Origin: Zootoca vivipara
Lineage: Eukaryota
Assembly (NCBI RefSeq): GCF_963506605.1
Contig: NC_083276.1
Location: forward strand, 106,578,001-106,642,000
Length of the DNA: 64,000 nt
Reading direction: 5' to 3'
Shown here one piece after another: positions 51,298 to 64,000 of this stretch. The notes beneath the pieces are model-generated. The model saw nothing but the letters and a program-made list of their open reading frames with translations, did no database searches and was not told the origin of the DNA. The position numbers were made by a program, and so were the translations under genes. Numbering within the stretch: position 1 is the first letter of the stretch; each line of letters opens with the position of its first letter.

Positions 51298-51839
51298 CAC
51301 TAATATGTACTGCATTGAATGTCAGGGGACTCAAGTGATATTCTTTTCTTATTGAAGACTAGGTTACAAAAGACTGGAGAGCCTGACGGAGGAGTCAAGA
51401 GGCCCTGACTTATCCCTTTTAATGATTCCAACCTACATTATGTTTATCCACTTCAGCTCACACGGTCATTCCTCTGGAAGGCAGGACTGGTTGGCTTTCC
51501 TTTGCTCAGATGGAGTCAGAGTACTTCTGCCTATCCCTAATTACAACCACATTTCTTTTCTCCGTGAAATATCCCTAAGTATGCAGAGGCCATCTCTTTG
51601 CCAAAGCTTCCTGGCGTTTATGTGAAGATTGGAATCCAAATCTAATTTTTTCCCCCCTCTCTGTGAGAAAAGATGCAAAGGGCATTGTAAACAGGATAAT
51701 TATGTAGCAATACAATTTTAAATATAAGGTTTGCTGGGCATTGGACTGGATGTGTAATTTCTCCCCCCACCCCCTCCACCCCCGTGAGTCAGGAGGATGA
51801 AATGTTACTGTGGGGCATAAATGTGGTTTCACTCAAAAC

Positions 51840-51840
<1 letters not shown>

Positions 51841-51873
<33 letters not shown>
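51841..51873. repeat. (AC)n microsatellite
   Basis: Direct inspection. Confidence 0.97.
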
Positions 51874-51875
<2 letters not shown>

Positions 51876-54800
51876 GAAAAACCTGAGTTCTTTCTCCTTC
51901 AGACATTTTACGAGTGCAAGGAGAACAGAGGGCAGGCAAAGAAGAGTAAAAGCAAAACAAAACTCCCCAAGGTAATGAATTTACAATTTTGGTGCATACA
52001 TCATAGATTTAAAGCACAATTTCTCCCTCCAAAGAATCCTGGGAACTGTAGTTCACCCCTCTCAGAGCTATAGCTCTTAGCACTCTTAATACTCTTAATA
52101 CTCTGCAATCCCCAAGATTATTTGGTTATGTGCTTTAAATGTTGTTGGGGGGGGACTGAAAATGTTGTCAGTGCCCCCCTTTCCTCTGTATTTCAGGAAG
52201 GTGAGAGAAATATTCTCCAATCTTTTAGAGAAATTCTGCTGTGCCCCTTCTCAGTGCTTTCCAACATTTTAAGGGGCCCCTCCAGACGTACTTTTAAATG
52301 TGCATTCATGAGGATTTGTGCTTTTGATTCTATGGGATGGCCACACACGTTCCTGCTTTCGACAAGCTTTGTGCCTGCAAATGTTTTGGGAGCCATCACA
52401 CTGCTTCATTTCCAATCCATGCATAACGTGTCACTTTCTGCTGAGATCACTCAACGTTTTATACTACAAAAGCCCTGGTTTGTTTTGGGGCCACTCGTGT
52501 TGTTCTATGTAGCTGCTCCAAACAACAAAAATGTGGCAGCATTGTGAAAGCATCACAGCACAAAACAAAGCAGAATAACTCCACCAGCAATGTGCTTTTA
52601 TTGGGTTAAGGGGGTGTTGTGGAATAGACCTGCTTCAAAACATCCATCTGGAGGGGGTCTATGCCATGCCCCCTTTTCAATTCCAAATTTCTCATTTTGT
52701 GTTGTACTAGCATCTATTTCTAGGGAGAGATTTTCTTCCACATAAGGAAGTTCTTCAGGAGAAAATCAAGCAATCCCAGCACCCCAAAGGGGTGATTTTT
52801 TTTTTATTTTTAAAAATGGTTGGTTTGTTACTGCCAGAAGACTCAAGCATGAACAAGGACTGATCCATCTCACCGCTCGATAATATGCAGACGCCAGAAA
52901 ACACTTCCCCTCTCTCCCAAACAATCCATTTCCTCTGCATTATGATATGATAGAACTGAAGTGCACATGTACACTTAGGAAGTCAACTTTAATTATGCTC
53001 TGCAAGAGAAAATACCACTTAATTTAACAGGGTTATCATTTCCTGGTATGGAAATGTTGTCAGGGAGAGAGAGGAGACACATAACAGAAAGCACTTCAAA
53101 GTGTTGGGATTTTATTATTATAATTGATAATAGCATAATATTATTATCACAGATATCTGTCTCTTGGCTTGATCTTACCCAAACAATGAAAATTAGGGGG
53201 CAATTTTCAGAACTCCAAAGCCGTTATCTTCTGTTCTATAGAAGGGGCTGTTTCTGTGAGAGGTTTTTTGGGGGTGGTTTTTTTTTGTACAACCCAATAT
53301 TCAGTGGTGAACCACAGGTGTATGCTTAATGTGCTGGGCATTTGGCCATTCCAGCTATCAGGAATCTGTGTCACATTGACTTGCCTGAAAAGCGTCTAAA
53401 ACCAGTTTTGTCTGAGTCTAAGCAGGAGGGTGGGAGGCTATGGAACAGAAGTAGTTTGGAGTTGGCTTTCAGAGTTCTTCAGAAGGTTCCTAGAGAAAGC
53501 CAGTTCGTACATTTCCAAGGGTCTGAAGTTACAATTTTCATATTGCCTGCATTGCCTGTAATACCTGCTCAACAATCTGTTCACTTGCAAATGAACTAAT
53601 GATTATAAAAACATCTGTAACTCCCCAGTGGTCTTTCTGTAAAACAAAATGATCTGTAAAGTCTGCTTGGAACTTCCTGTGCTCAGGGAGAAGCACAAAA
53701 ACAGTATTTTCCATTTTGAGCGTCACTGACCAGTATCAGCATGTGCCTGGCTTTTGCTTGAGCTTCCAAAGGCAAGGGCTGGGGTCCATTAATGCTGTAT
53801 TCTCTGAAGGCCAGTTGGGGTAAGTGGGGATTGTGATGGTGCGGTTTTTGCTGAGGTCTGAGGCCGCAAAAGTCCCACTGAACTCAATAGAATGCACTTC
53901 TGAGTAGACATGAATCATATGATTGCCATGTTTCATTCTCTCTTAGTTTTGGTGAATTGAGTAGGAATATATAAAGGTCATTATTGTGCAATCTTAAGAG
54001 GATTGCATCAAACAGATCTACCACAAAGAGATCTCCCCGTTCCTCTTTCCACAGGTCGATGAAGATGAATTGCACAACTTTTTCCAGGGCAAATGTCTCT
54101 GGCAGCCTAACAAAGCATGCCATATTATCCAAATTTATCATCAACATCTAATGAATTTAAAAACAACAAGAAGTTATACAGAAGAGTTGCAATAATGTGA
54201 CCAGATAATGGCATGTCTTATATTTTCCAGAAGTAACTATTGATGACTCTGCTTCTAAATCAGGGATAAAGTACCTATGGCCCTCCATTTGTTGTTGGAT
54301 TGTTTAATCTCCAACAGTTGCCAATGCTGGCTAGGGCTGAAGGGAATTAGAATCCAACAACATCTGGGAGGGACAGAGGTTTCTCATCCCTCTACTAAAT
54401 ATTTGTGCTGAAATCTAGAACGGGATGAACCTATTAATTTCAGGCTTTCTCCATTTCTCATTTTCCCAAGTTTAATTCAGTTCACACCATTTCCACAGCA
54501 GTTTGCATATATGTGTGTGTGTGTGTGTGTGTGCAATTTTTGGTGCACATTTCTCTAAATAGTTTTGTATGCAACTTTGCCTAATATATAGTTTTTTTAA
54601 AAGTGATTCTTCTTAATATGATGCATTTTTATACATGTCTTTCAATAAATATAGGCATTTCTTATTCCCTTCAATGGTGCATTTTTTGTTTTTTTGGTCT
54701 AGAAAGCTGCATCAGAAAAGTTGGAGAAGTGCATGATTTTTTTTATAAAAAAAAATAGCTGTGTTCTGCTTTGTGCCCTTCTGCAGCAAGTGCAAATATG

Positions 54801-57496
54801 TAGATCTGCATAAAAACATGAACCAAGTAACTTCCCCCTGCGTTCCTGTTGACATATCTGTCTGAATTATATGGCCTGTGATGTTTCACTGGCACAGTGG
54901 GCAAATAGCACTTATTTGCTGGTGCATTCTTTGGACTGAGAAGGAGGTGGAAATGAAGTGCTTTTGTCTTGGATCGGATGTAGGTATAGACATGGCAAGT
55001 GTGTGGAGTGAGCCATAGCTTCATCCTTGCTTCCCAGCTGGCCTGCAATCAAGTCTAGTTGTCAGATTCTGCTCATACACACTCTTTTCTCTTTGGGATT
55101 GGAAAATTGCAGGGCTCGGTAGGTCAGATGGCATCCCTGTCAAAGACTGATTTGGGCCAGAGCTTGTGAATTGCTGACCTATACCGTAGAAGGGTATGGT
55201 TATGAAACCACAGTTCAGGCTTGCTTCACATATTGCAAAAGAAAAGGCAATGTTCACCATCATCAGTTACCAGGATAGCCACAGCTAATCCCATCCCCCA
55301 GGTGCAGCAGCCTACCTTGCATTTTACAAGTGCATGCAAAAGAAAGTAGCATGAAAAGTGGCCCTCAGTTTGTGCAAAAATAATAGTCTAGCCAGAACAT
55401 TTTGCTTATGCAGTAGAGCAGCTGGATAACAGCTGGATGCCTGTAAAGGGTGAGCAAATCATTCACAATAATAACCAGAAGGAATCCAACTGAAACAATC
55501 TCTGAATTCCTTTCATTTGGGGCTGAAACCTCTGGAAGTTTAACCCAAAAATAAAAACAACCACAACCCCCACCATCTATCAATGCTAGGAAAGATTAAT
55601 GGGCTTATCATAGGTCTTAAATATGCTCATTACTACAGCAGAAGATTAAGAAGGAAAGGGGAGAAAACATAAATGATGTTGTTTGAAGCCACTAATATTT
55701 TGCAGCAACAGTGATGTGCAGAGTGTTAATAAAAAAACATGGACCTTTGTGCTTCAGAAAACTATTCTCAAGCCGCCTTTGAAACACTCCCTGCTATTGA
55801 TGTTAACACCTGTTGTCTATGGAAGCAGAAGAGAGGCATTTGTAATGCAAATGGGCATTGCTGCGAAACCAGCTTAAGCAAGAACCACTTTCAGCCTTAT
55901 GTGTGAAAGCGCTCATATAAACTCTACAGCCAGAAACACATGTCGTCTCATTGAACCCTCCGGACAGCCTTTTTATTGTGCATTCATTCTGTGAAAACAG
56001 AGTCACAGAAGAACAAACCCTAAGAACCATAAAGTCAATTCAAGGAATCTTAAAATAATAAAACCATCCATGCAAACTCTAAACACAACAAAACCATTTT
56101 ATCAGATATAGAATTGGCCTTCAGGGAAAGCCTTCTTAAACACACATGTCTTCAGTAGGCACCTGAACTTGCTGGTGGTGCCAACCAGGCTTCCCACTGC
56201 TGATGAACACCATGTTTCTTCAAGGGAAGTTCAGGGACTGCCTGAAGGCTTACATTTGAGATCATATGTAGGAACATCCTTGGTCCTTCTCTGAGTTGGT
56301 GAGACTCAGTCGACAAAAGAAGAAACCGAGCCTTTACAGTAGTGCCATTGACCCAGTCTCTGCCAACAGAGATTCAGCAAGCACCTTCTGTGCCAACTTT
56401 TAAACACCTGCTGAAAACGTTTCTATTCCATCAGGCTATTGCAGGCAATTAAGAGTACAGTACGTACATCTTTTCACAATGGTTAATTGGTGTCTGGTTT
56501 TAACTTTTTAATGTGATTTTTATTGATTGGTTTTTATGCGCACTTGTTGTAAATTGCTCTGTGGTTTGTTTGTTTTTTTAAAAATTAGCGACATCTAATT
56601 TTTTATTATTTAGAAATAATATAAACTTCCTATCCAGAAGACATCCCAGTGAGAGCAGGAAGTATTGTCTTCTGCTCCTGCCTTTACTGTGCTTCGGCTT
56701 TAGGACAGTGTTATCTTGGGAAGTCATGAAGACAAAGCATCATCATCATCATCATCACTTTTAATTTGTATACCGCCTTTCTATCATACAATACTCAAAG
56801 CGGTTTACAAGCTGAAGAAACAGAATCTAACGAAATACAAAACAACCTTATAACAATCTAATGCAATACAAAAATATGATAATCAACCATAGCTTTAAAA
56901 TAAGCAATCAAATAATGTAACGTTCAACAATCATTACAATAGTATAGAATAATATCAGCATATGAAAATTAAACAGAAACCCACTCTTAACATTTACAAT
57001 AAATGATTTCAAAACAATAATCAATAAAACAACAGCAAGCCCCAGTGCATAAAACAATACAACTTCTCAGGTGGGTGCCAGAACTGGGGGGGGGGGAGCC
57101 CTGGTTCTTACTCTGCTTTGTCTCTCAGGTGGGTGCCTTTGTCTCTCAAGTGGGTGCCATTGCCATTCTAAGAGAACCAAAGAGGTGTTCACGGTGAGTT
57201 CCAGCACCTCTTTTTCTAGAAAAATAGTACTGGCAAGAACACAACCAAGTACTGATGTCACTCTGGCATCTTCTGGTGGGGAGGGGTTGGGTGGGGGGGG
57301 ACATGGGGTTGGGGGGACATAACTCAGTGGGAACAGGGAGAGTGAACAACACTGTTGTCAGGACCCAGCAGTCTGAGTCATGGTGGGAAGGAGGGGCATA
57401 GCATGGGGTGTGTGGAGCTGCTAGGGTGATGGTGCCAGGCACATTTTTCAGGGGGGGGGGACTGCTCTTGCCACCCTGCCAACCCATGCCTCTTTT

Positions 57497-57643
57497 CATG
57501 GGCGTAGCCAGGGGGTGTGGGTGGTAAATAAAAAAAAAATACTTAACTAACTGACCAATTGCGTCGCAGATAACTTGATTCTGCCCCCCCTCCCCCAACA
57601 TAAAGCCTGTACTACCACAAAATAAATCCTGGCTATGCCTATG
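57497..57643. mobile_element. hAT MITE
   Basis: TIR CATGGGCGTAGCCAGG / CCTGGCTATGCCTATG; TSD cctctttt (57489-57496) / cctctttg (57644-57651). Confidence 0.85.
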
Positions 57644-59189
57644 CCTCTTTGTCAGGCTGGCAACAGTTATGTGCCCTTCGAGCCCAGGCTGGGATTGAAG
57701 GGCGCATAGCGGTTGTGTCCTTCTCATGCCCTCCTCCCTGAGTTGATTTGTGAGGCTGGGATCATCCAGTGCAGGGTTGGCGTCGCTCCAGCTAAACGTG
57801 CTCTGTCGCTGGTGGGAAGCATGATCACGACTGACAGAATCGTATGAACAGGTTGCAGCAATAAAGAACAGGCTACCCATATATCTTGTTTTACCAGCTT
57901 TCCTCATGTAGTTTAGAGTTTACTATGTCCTGGGGGGAAAAAGGCGAGATCCAGTCATAGCAGCCTTGATTTCAAAGGGAGATATTTAAGCATATTTTTA
58001 ACTTTTCTGATTTAAACCCCTAGCCTTAGGTCTAGGAGCCACATGTGGCTCACCTGGCTTCCTTATCTGGACCCTCCCCAAGGCACACCCCTCCTGGCCC
58101 TGCTTTGAACTATCCTTGGTTGCTTTTGCCTGGCTGTCATGTGCGCTTGAACCCTGGCAATGCCTCCTGCTTGCCTGGATGGCGGAGAGAGAGTGGTGTG
58201 GGAGCATGCCTAGAAACTGTAACAATGTCAAATTGACATTGGTTGCTCCGCCCACTTCTGCCTTTGGCCCCGCCCACCATGGGCAGGTGGGCTCTGGAAG
58301 GTTGCTGAAAAGGGAATGTGGCCTGCATGCTGGGGCAGGGGGGTTACACACTCCTGCAATAAGATGTAAAGGTGTTTTGTGTTGGTTCATGCACAAAGTT
58401 TGCACAATGTTTACTTTTTTAAACAAGAGCAAAAAGCTACATAACTCTGTTGTGTGGGCTTGGCGTACAACAATATGAAAGCGCTTGGACGGGTATCATT
58501 AATCTTTCCTCCACAAAACATCTCCATTAGAGCTATAACAAGTACATTTCTCAACTGATGTTCTAAGCTTAGACACATTTCCACATAGTCCAAGACGGGA
58601 AAATATGGGAAAGAGAAAGGAAAGACAGTTTCAGAGTAAACTGACTGCATACAGCCATGAGAACAGAGCAGAAAGTCTGTCCTGATTCTGTCTTGCTTGA
58701 TAAACTCCTTCACCAACCCTCCATAAACCCAAGAGCTCACTTATCACCGAAAATTGGCAGGAAATAGGAAAGGAAAATAGTAGAAAATAACACACCAAAC
58801 AGAAATCCAACTCTTGAAGTCATATTACACAGTGATTGTGTAAATATTCTATTCTTTTGAATCAGCTACAATACAGGACCATGACTTTTATGAAGCGTTT
58901 TCAGGGTAAATGCAAAACATGCTTTAAAATTGTCATGCCTAATAAGATTCCCAAGTCATGTGATTAACAATCATGTGATAGGATGTTTAGAACATCCTGG
59001 TGGTTATTTTCAGACATATAATTTGGATTCTCAGGCAGACTGAAGCCCTATTTGATTGATTGCCCTCACACAGTTAACCGTCATGATAAAAGGAGAGGAA
59101 AGCCATCCCCACTAGCTCCATCCCATTGTCACATCTTCATATGCAATTGGATACTGGTGTGTAATCAAGTTAAATCAGGAGCCCCACCC

Positions 59190-59600
59190 TGAAATCAGAG
59201 GAATGAATTCAGAGGAGACCGTAAAAATTTGGAAACCATTTATTAATTACATCAAGAGCAAATTGGAAAACCCAAATGTAATCTCAGATGTTTAACGATC
59301 TTGTCACGAATATCTGACCGAGAAAACATGCAATCACATGTATTTTTCTTTGTCTTTTTTTCTTTTCTTTTATAGTTGAATGAATCAAGGTATGTAAATA
59401 ATATGTGGAACACAAGGATAAGCCCGAAACAGGATGAGAAGTGCGGGGGAAGGGGGACGGGGAGGAGTGGGAGGGAGGGAGGGGGTAAAACAAGAATGAT
59501 ATTTCATTGTGATATATTTTTCTTTTTGTCCATTGATTTTACTGATTTGTACTTGTATTTGTTTTTTGAGCTATTAATAAAGACTTTTCTTTTAAAAAAA
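59190..59600 (+). mobile_element. 5'-truncated L1 LINE insertion
   Basis: ORF2-end-like peptide ..ETVKIWKPFINYIK.., G-rich tract, AATAAA, poly(A); 18-bp TSD aaatcaggagccccaccc (59172-59189 / 59601-59618) at a TT/AAA site. Confidence 0.88.
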
Positions 59601-59664
59601 AAATCAGGAGCCCCACCCCAAACAATTCTGTATAAGGAGCCCATCCAGGCTGGGCAAAAAATTC

Positions 59665-59745
59665 ATGCATTGCAGGACATTGCAGGACTAGATGACCCTC
59701 ATGATGTCTTCCAACTCTTCAGTTCTACAGTATTATTCTATGATC
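59665..59745 (+). mobile_element. CR1 3' tail remnant
   Basis: ggactagatgaccctc...ttccaactct...attctatga. Confidence 0.6.
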
Positions 59746-62430
59746 AATGTATCAGGATCACAAGAACTATTCCTTTACTGTTGAAGGCTGAGAACTAGAC
59801 TTAGGCTGTGCACACACTAACCCATTGGTAGTACGAAAATGTAGTTTTTCCCAGTTCAGAATTATTCACGCTCAACCTGAACATGCTACTTTCAATTGAT
59901 TCTAGATCCTGTTGTCCACAATGTGGTTACTTGATGCACATTTGAAATGCCTCCCCTTGATTATAATCACCCATCCTTTATTATGTCACCCACCCTTTGT
60001 CCTCCCTGCACATGCCTCAGGGAAAGGAAGAAGGGAGTAGTGATTCAGAGCTTGGTATCTGTACACCCGCAACAACTTTGAGCTGGTGTGGATAACACAC
60101 ACACACCATTTCCAGGATCACCTACATTTGTTTTCAAATGGACACACTGTGGGGTCATGTAGGATGAATCTACAATGAGCTTTCAATTTCAGGATGAAAC
60201 ATGTTTCCCAGGAAGTGCTTTTCAAGAGCAAAAAATATGCAATAGGTCTAGGTTCTCTTTGGACTACATAGAACAAACAGTCCTCACTACCCATTGATTC
60301 CACAATAAAATTTGCATACACAGCTTTTGCTAGACCCCAAAATTCCAGCTTGAGCTCAGTATTCTTGTATCCATACACAGATTGAAACTGATCCAAAGCT
60401 TCTGCACCTGATATGAACACACATGATTTTTTTTAAAAAAAAACCCAAACTTCTCCCTTTTTGGTACAAAAGCACCCAGTGCCTTCATTACATGTCTTAT
60501 CATCATCATTATTGTTATTAGCAGAGCAACCACAGCTGTTGGAAGCATACCATGTTTCTAAAACAGGCAACAAGGTTAAGTCATGTAGAACATGTGAAAG
60601 AGAGATTAATTGTACTCTGACCAAAGAAATTTCAGCAGAAGAATGGAAGGCAATTATTTGGGGTGTTGTTGTTGCTGTTGTTGCTGTTGTCGCTTTTAAA
60701 AGTAGACTGCATCAGGAACTGATAAAATGACATTGTTGATTTATTTTAATTTTTGCTTGTGAAAATAATTAAAGTAGCTTAATATGCTAGGAGTCATTTC
60801 CTCTGTTATATCAAAAGCACTGTTCCTACTAAGCTGAAGTTATATTTATTCACTTGGAGTTTTCCATCAAGTGACTTCACACTTGCAGACATTTGGACTT
60901 GTCCCACTAGCGTTCAATTATTCTGGGTTTGTCATTCAGGTGTGGGCTGATTCTGGGGTGTGGATGTTTCAGGTACAGTCAAGTATCTTTGCAGGAATGG
61001 TGACTTTCATGTTGGGTCTGATTCTTCCACCTCTCCTCCAAGTGCTTTGTGATTGACAGTGGCAAGTGCGTGCACTCTTAAGTTCTTATCCTGACAAGAC
61101 ACTTGGTTCTGTTTAATGGCATTAATGGGGGTGGTGTGTGTTTGTGTAGGCTTTTCACATCGGTCACAGAAAAAATGGAAAAGTCATGTTGTGCTGTCGT
61201 ACCTGAAGGGCTTGGTGGTATATGACACACCTTAAAGAATGCCATGACCATTGGGGAAGTGGGCCAGCTGTCTATGTCACACCCCAGGTTGAGTGACACA
61301 AGGGCAGGTACAGGTGAAATATAACATGCAGCAAAGAGGACTGCCTACCTATTTTTACTCAGAGAACCACACTTTTCAGTTTGTGATCCCTCCGCCTACT
61401 CTCAAGCATCGTGGATATCCAATGTGATGGACCTCAGATACAAGTTTAAGTTCAAATCAGCCTCTCCCTACCATGGCTTCTCCTTGTCCTTCATGCTTGT
61501 AGATCTTTTCCACTCATACACCTCATGGGACTTCCTAGTGCCCTTGGTAAACCACTTCAGGGTTTTCTACAATCAAGTGGTATATACCAGTAAGTTTTAT
61601 GGAATAAATAAATAATACCCCGGTCCAGTCACTTTCGGTGGGTGGGAGGCCTACTGTTAGTGGTCTTCCATGACTTAGATGCCCAACTTGTATCCACTAG
61701 GACCCATGTGTTCAGTATTGTGGAGATCCATGTCAATGTCCATTATGAGTAGCCAATGTTGTGGCACTCCAATTCCCATCAGACCCAGCCAGTTAGTCAA
61801 TTGGTCAGGGATGATGGGAGCTGTAGTCCAGCAAGATCTGGAGAACATGAGCTTGGCTCATGGGTGCCACTGGTTTCCCAGATGGCTGTCAATCTGGCTT
61901 TTTCCTGGACTCTGCTTGGCTCTTGATCTTCATCCTTGGATCTGTAAGAATATTTATACCAGTTTGATTCTCTCATGTGCTCTTTTGGTGTCTTTTGACG
62001 GAGTTATTCATGAGAAATTAATATAGCTGTGGGACATGACAAATATTCTTGGTGGTTCTGCTTGGTACCAAAGCATCAGGTGTGGATGCTGGCTGGGGCT
62101 TATGGGAGTTGAAGCCCATGTGGAGAGCCACTGGTTCCCCATTGCTGCTTAGAGAAGTCTCACAGTGAGGGGGCATCAAAATGCTAATCCTACCCAGTTG
62201 CTTCTTCTTTTTTGGCCAGCACAGCACAGCAAAATACACACTGGAATCAAGAAAGAATGGAATAATTGCATGATGGGCAGGAGACAGCAGGAATGTCCCT
62301 TTCAGGAAGGTAACAGCTGGAAGGTGGTAGGAGGTGAGTCTCCCAGGGTGGGAGGCTGGCTGAAGAAACTGGCTTCCAGGTGGGAGCTGGGAGGGTCTAC
62401 CTTTCTGTGTATGGATAAAAGATATCCATA

Positions 62431-62734
62431 CTCCGAGGGCCTTCTGGCGGTTCTGTCACTGCGAGAAGTGAAGCTACAGGGAACCAGGCAGAGGGCCTTC
62501 TCGGTAGTGGCACCCGCCCTGTGGAACACCCTCCCATCATACGTCAAGGAAATAAACAACTATCTGACTTTTAGAAGACATCTGAAGGCAGCCCTGTTTA
62601 GGGAAGTTCTTAATGTTTGATGTTTTATCGCATTATTATTATTATTACCGGTATTATTATTATTATTATTATTATTAGAGCACCCAGAGTGGTTGGGGAA
62701 ACCCAGCCAGATGGGTGGAGTATTATTATTATTA

Positions 62735-62778
<44 letters not shown>

Positions 62779-62800
62779 CACTATTACTGTAGGTATAAAT
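62431..62800 (+). mobile_element. L2 LINE 3' fragment (copy 1)
   Basis: SEGLLAVLSLREVKLQGTRQRAFSVVAPALWNTLPSYVKEINNYLTFRRHLKAALFREVLNV* with (ATT)n expansions in the tail. Confidence 0.9.
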
Positions 62801-62802
62801 GT

Positions 62803-63170
62803 GATGAACCTTTAAAACCCTAAACGGCCTCGGTCCAGTATTCCTGAAGGAGCATCTCCACCCCCATCGTTCTGCCCGGACACTGAGGTCCAGTGGTGGT
62901 TCCCTCACTGTGAGAAGCAAAGCTACAGGAAACCAGGCAGAGGGCCTTCTTGGAAGTGGCACCCGCCCTGTGGAACACCCTCCCATCAGAGGTCAGTGAG
63001 ATAAACAACTACCTGACATTTAGAAAATACCTAAAGGCAGCCCTGTTTAGGGAAGTTTTTAATCTGTGATATTTGATGTATTTTAATGTTTGTTGGAAGC
63101 TGCCCGGAGTGGCAGGGGAAGCCCAGCCAGATGGACAGGGTATAAATAATTTATTATTATTATTATTATT
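62803..63170 (+). mobile_element. L2 LINE 3' fragment (copy 2, tandem)
   Basis: TFKTLNGLGPVFLKEHLHPHRSARTLRSS, then the same ORF2 end as copy 1; ends gggtataaataat(tta)n. Confidence 0.9.
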
Positions 63171-64000
63171 TGAATGGCCTTAGTATACATTCTTTTTCTT
63201 TATTCTTTTCTTTATCATTTCTGTCTCTCTGTTTCTTGAATTTCCTTTCTTCTTATTTTGGTTTTTCTTTATTCTTTGTTATTGCATTTTTATGTTGAAA
63301 GCTTTCAGTAAAAATTTGAAAAAAGGACTGTCCCTTTCAGTGCAAGTCGCAGTCATGGGCGTTGAGGGTTACCTAGATTGGAACCATGGTGGATGACGGG
63401 CCCCTGCCTCCATCCCACAATCCTATGCTGGACTGGAAGGGACATGCCTCCTATTCACTTAAAAGGAACAATCTGCAAGGGACCCTACAAACCCTCTAGG
63501 TGTCTTCCTGCGAATAAAGATGCCATTCTGATGTATGATCACTGGAAGGAACCAACAATATAACTGAGAGAACTGTGCAGTGAGCAAGCTCAGCTAAGGA
63601 GCAGACCCAGCCTGTGGCTTGTGCAGGACCACCCAGGGAGTTTATCAGTAGTCAGAAATTGGAGCCTGAGTAAGGATTCTCTCAGACCTCAGTTCTCACA
63701 CACCCCACCCCTCACAAGACAGCCAGCCCACATTCTTCTCTTCTTTCAGGGTTCCCCCCCCCTTTTCCTTTTTGTAATGGGTCAAAGTATGTTTTGGGTC
63801 CAAAAAACCCTCTGTAGAATCCGAGGCTATTTATCCAAGCTTATCTAAGTGTACAGCCAACAATAATCCACTTGGATTCTTGGGCGCTTCGAACATGCCA
63901 GGGTTTTGGCAAGGCTCCTCTCCTGTTGTGAAGCAACCTCTCTTGCGGTATTTGTGTTGCTGGTTTCAGCTGAAGCAAGGGAGCACCGAGGAATGCAAAG

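Noticed and set aside
52198-52201. Possible 4-nt microexon (tttcag GAAG gtgaga)
   Set aside because: Frameshifting and unsupported; such motifs arise by chance.
57065-57160. Three spaced tctcaRgtgggtgcc repeats (CRISPR-like spacing)
   Set aside because: Eukaryotic context, irregular spacing and no cas genes; local duplications within a MITE relic.
57146-57907. 253-aa minus-strand ORF
   Set aside because: It runs through a TSD-bounded MITE and other repeat fragments; no homology recognised.
60118-60420. 100-aa minus-strand ORF
   Set aside because: No recognisable domain or consistent exon partners; within chance expectation.

Overview
This is vertebrate nuclear DNA, almost certainly from a squamate and probably a lacertid lizard, judged from several Sauria SINEs with the CCTTTA tail. 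It reads as intronic or intergenic: I recognise no host protein-coding gene, and the ORF track is mostly chance ORFs, microsatellites and repeat-derived frames. The window is dense in mobile elements: at least five Sauria SINEs, 3' ends of CR1, L2 and L1 LINEs, a 5'-truncated Penelope-like element (GIY-YIG endonuclease C-terminus, intact minimal hammerhead ribozyme, 14-bp TSD), a 5S-rRNA-derived SINE relic, and many non-autonomous DNA transposons (hAT with 8-bp TSDs, Tc1/mariner-pogo with TA TSDs, PIF/Harbinger), several nested. The most interesting items are (i) a 1.47-kb hAT element with a perfect TSD carrying about 1.2 kb of CpG-island, 5'UTR-like cargo (possible Pack-type host capture), (ii) the Penelope hammerhead ribozyme, (iii) hAT derivatives carrying promoter motifs (CCAAT/ETS/YY1; NRF1 palindromes), and (iv) a speculative set of phase-compatible plus-strand exons. 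A 201-N assembly gap lies at 6772-6972. Family names come from recalled motifs, not database searches.
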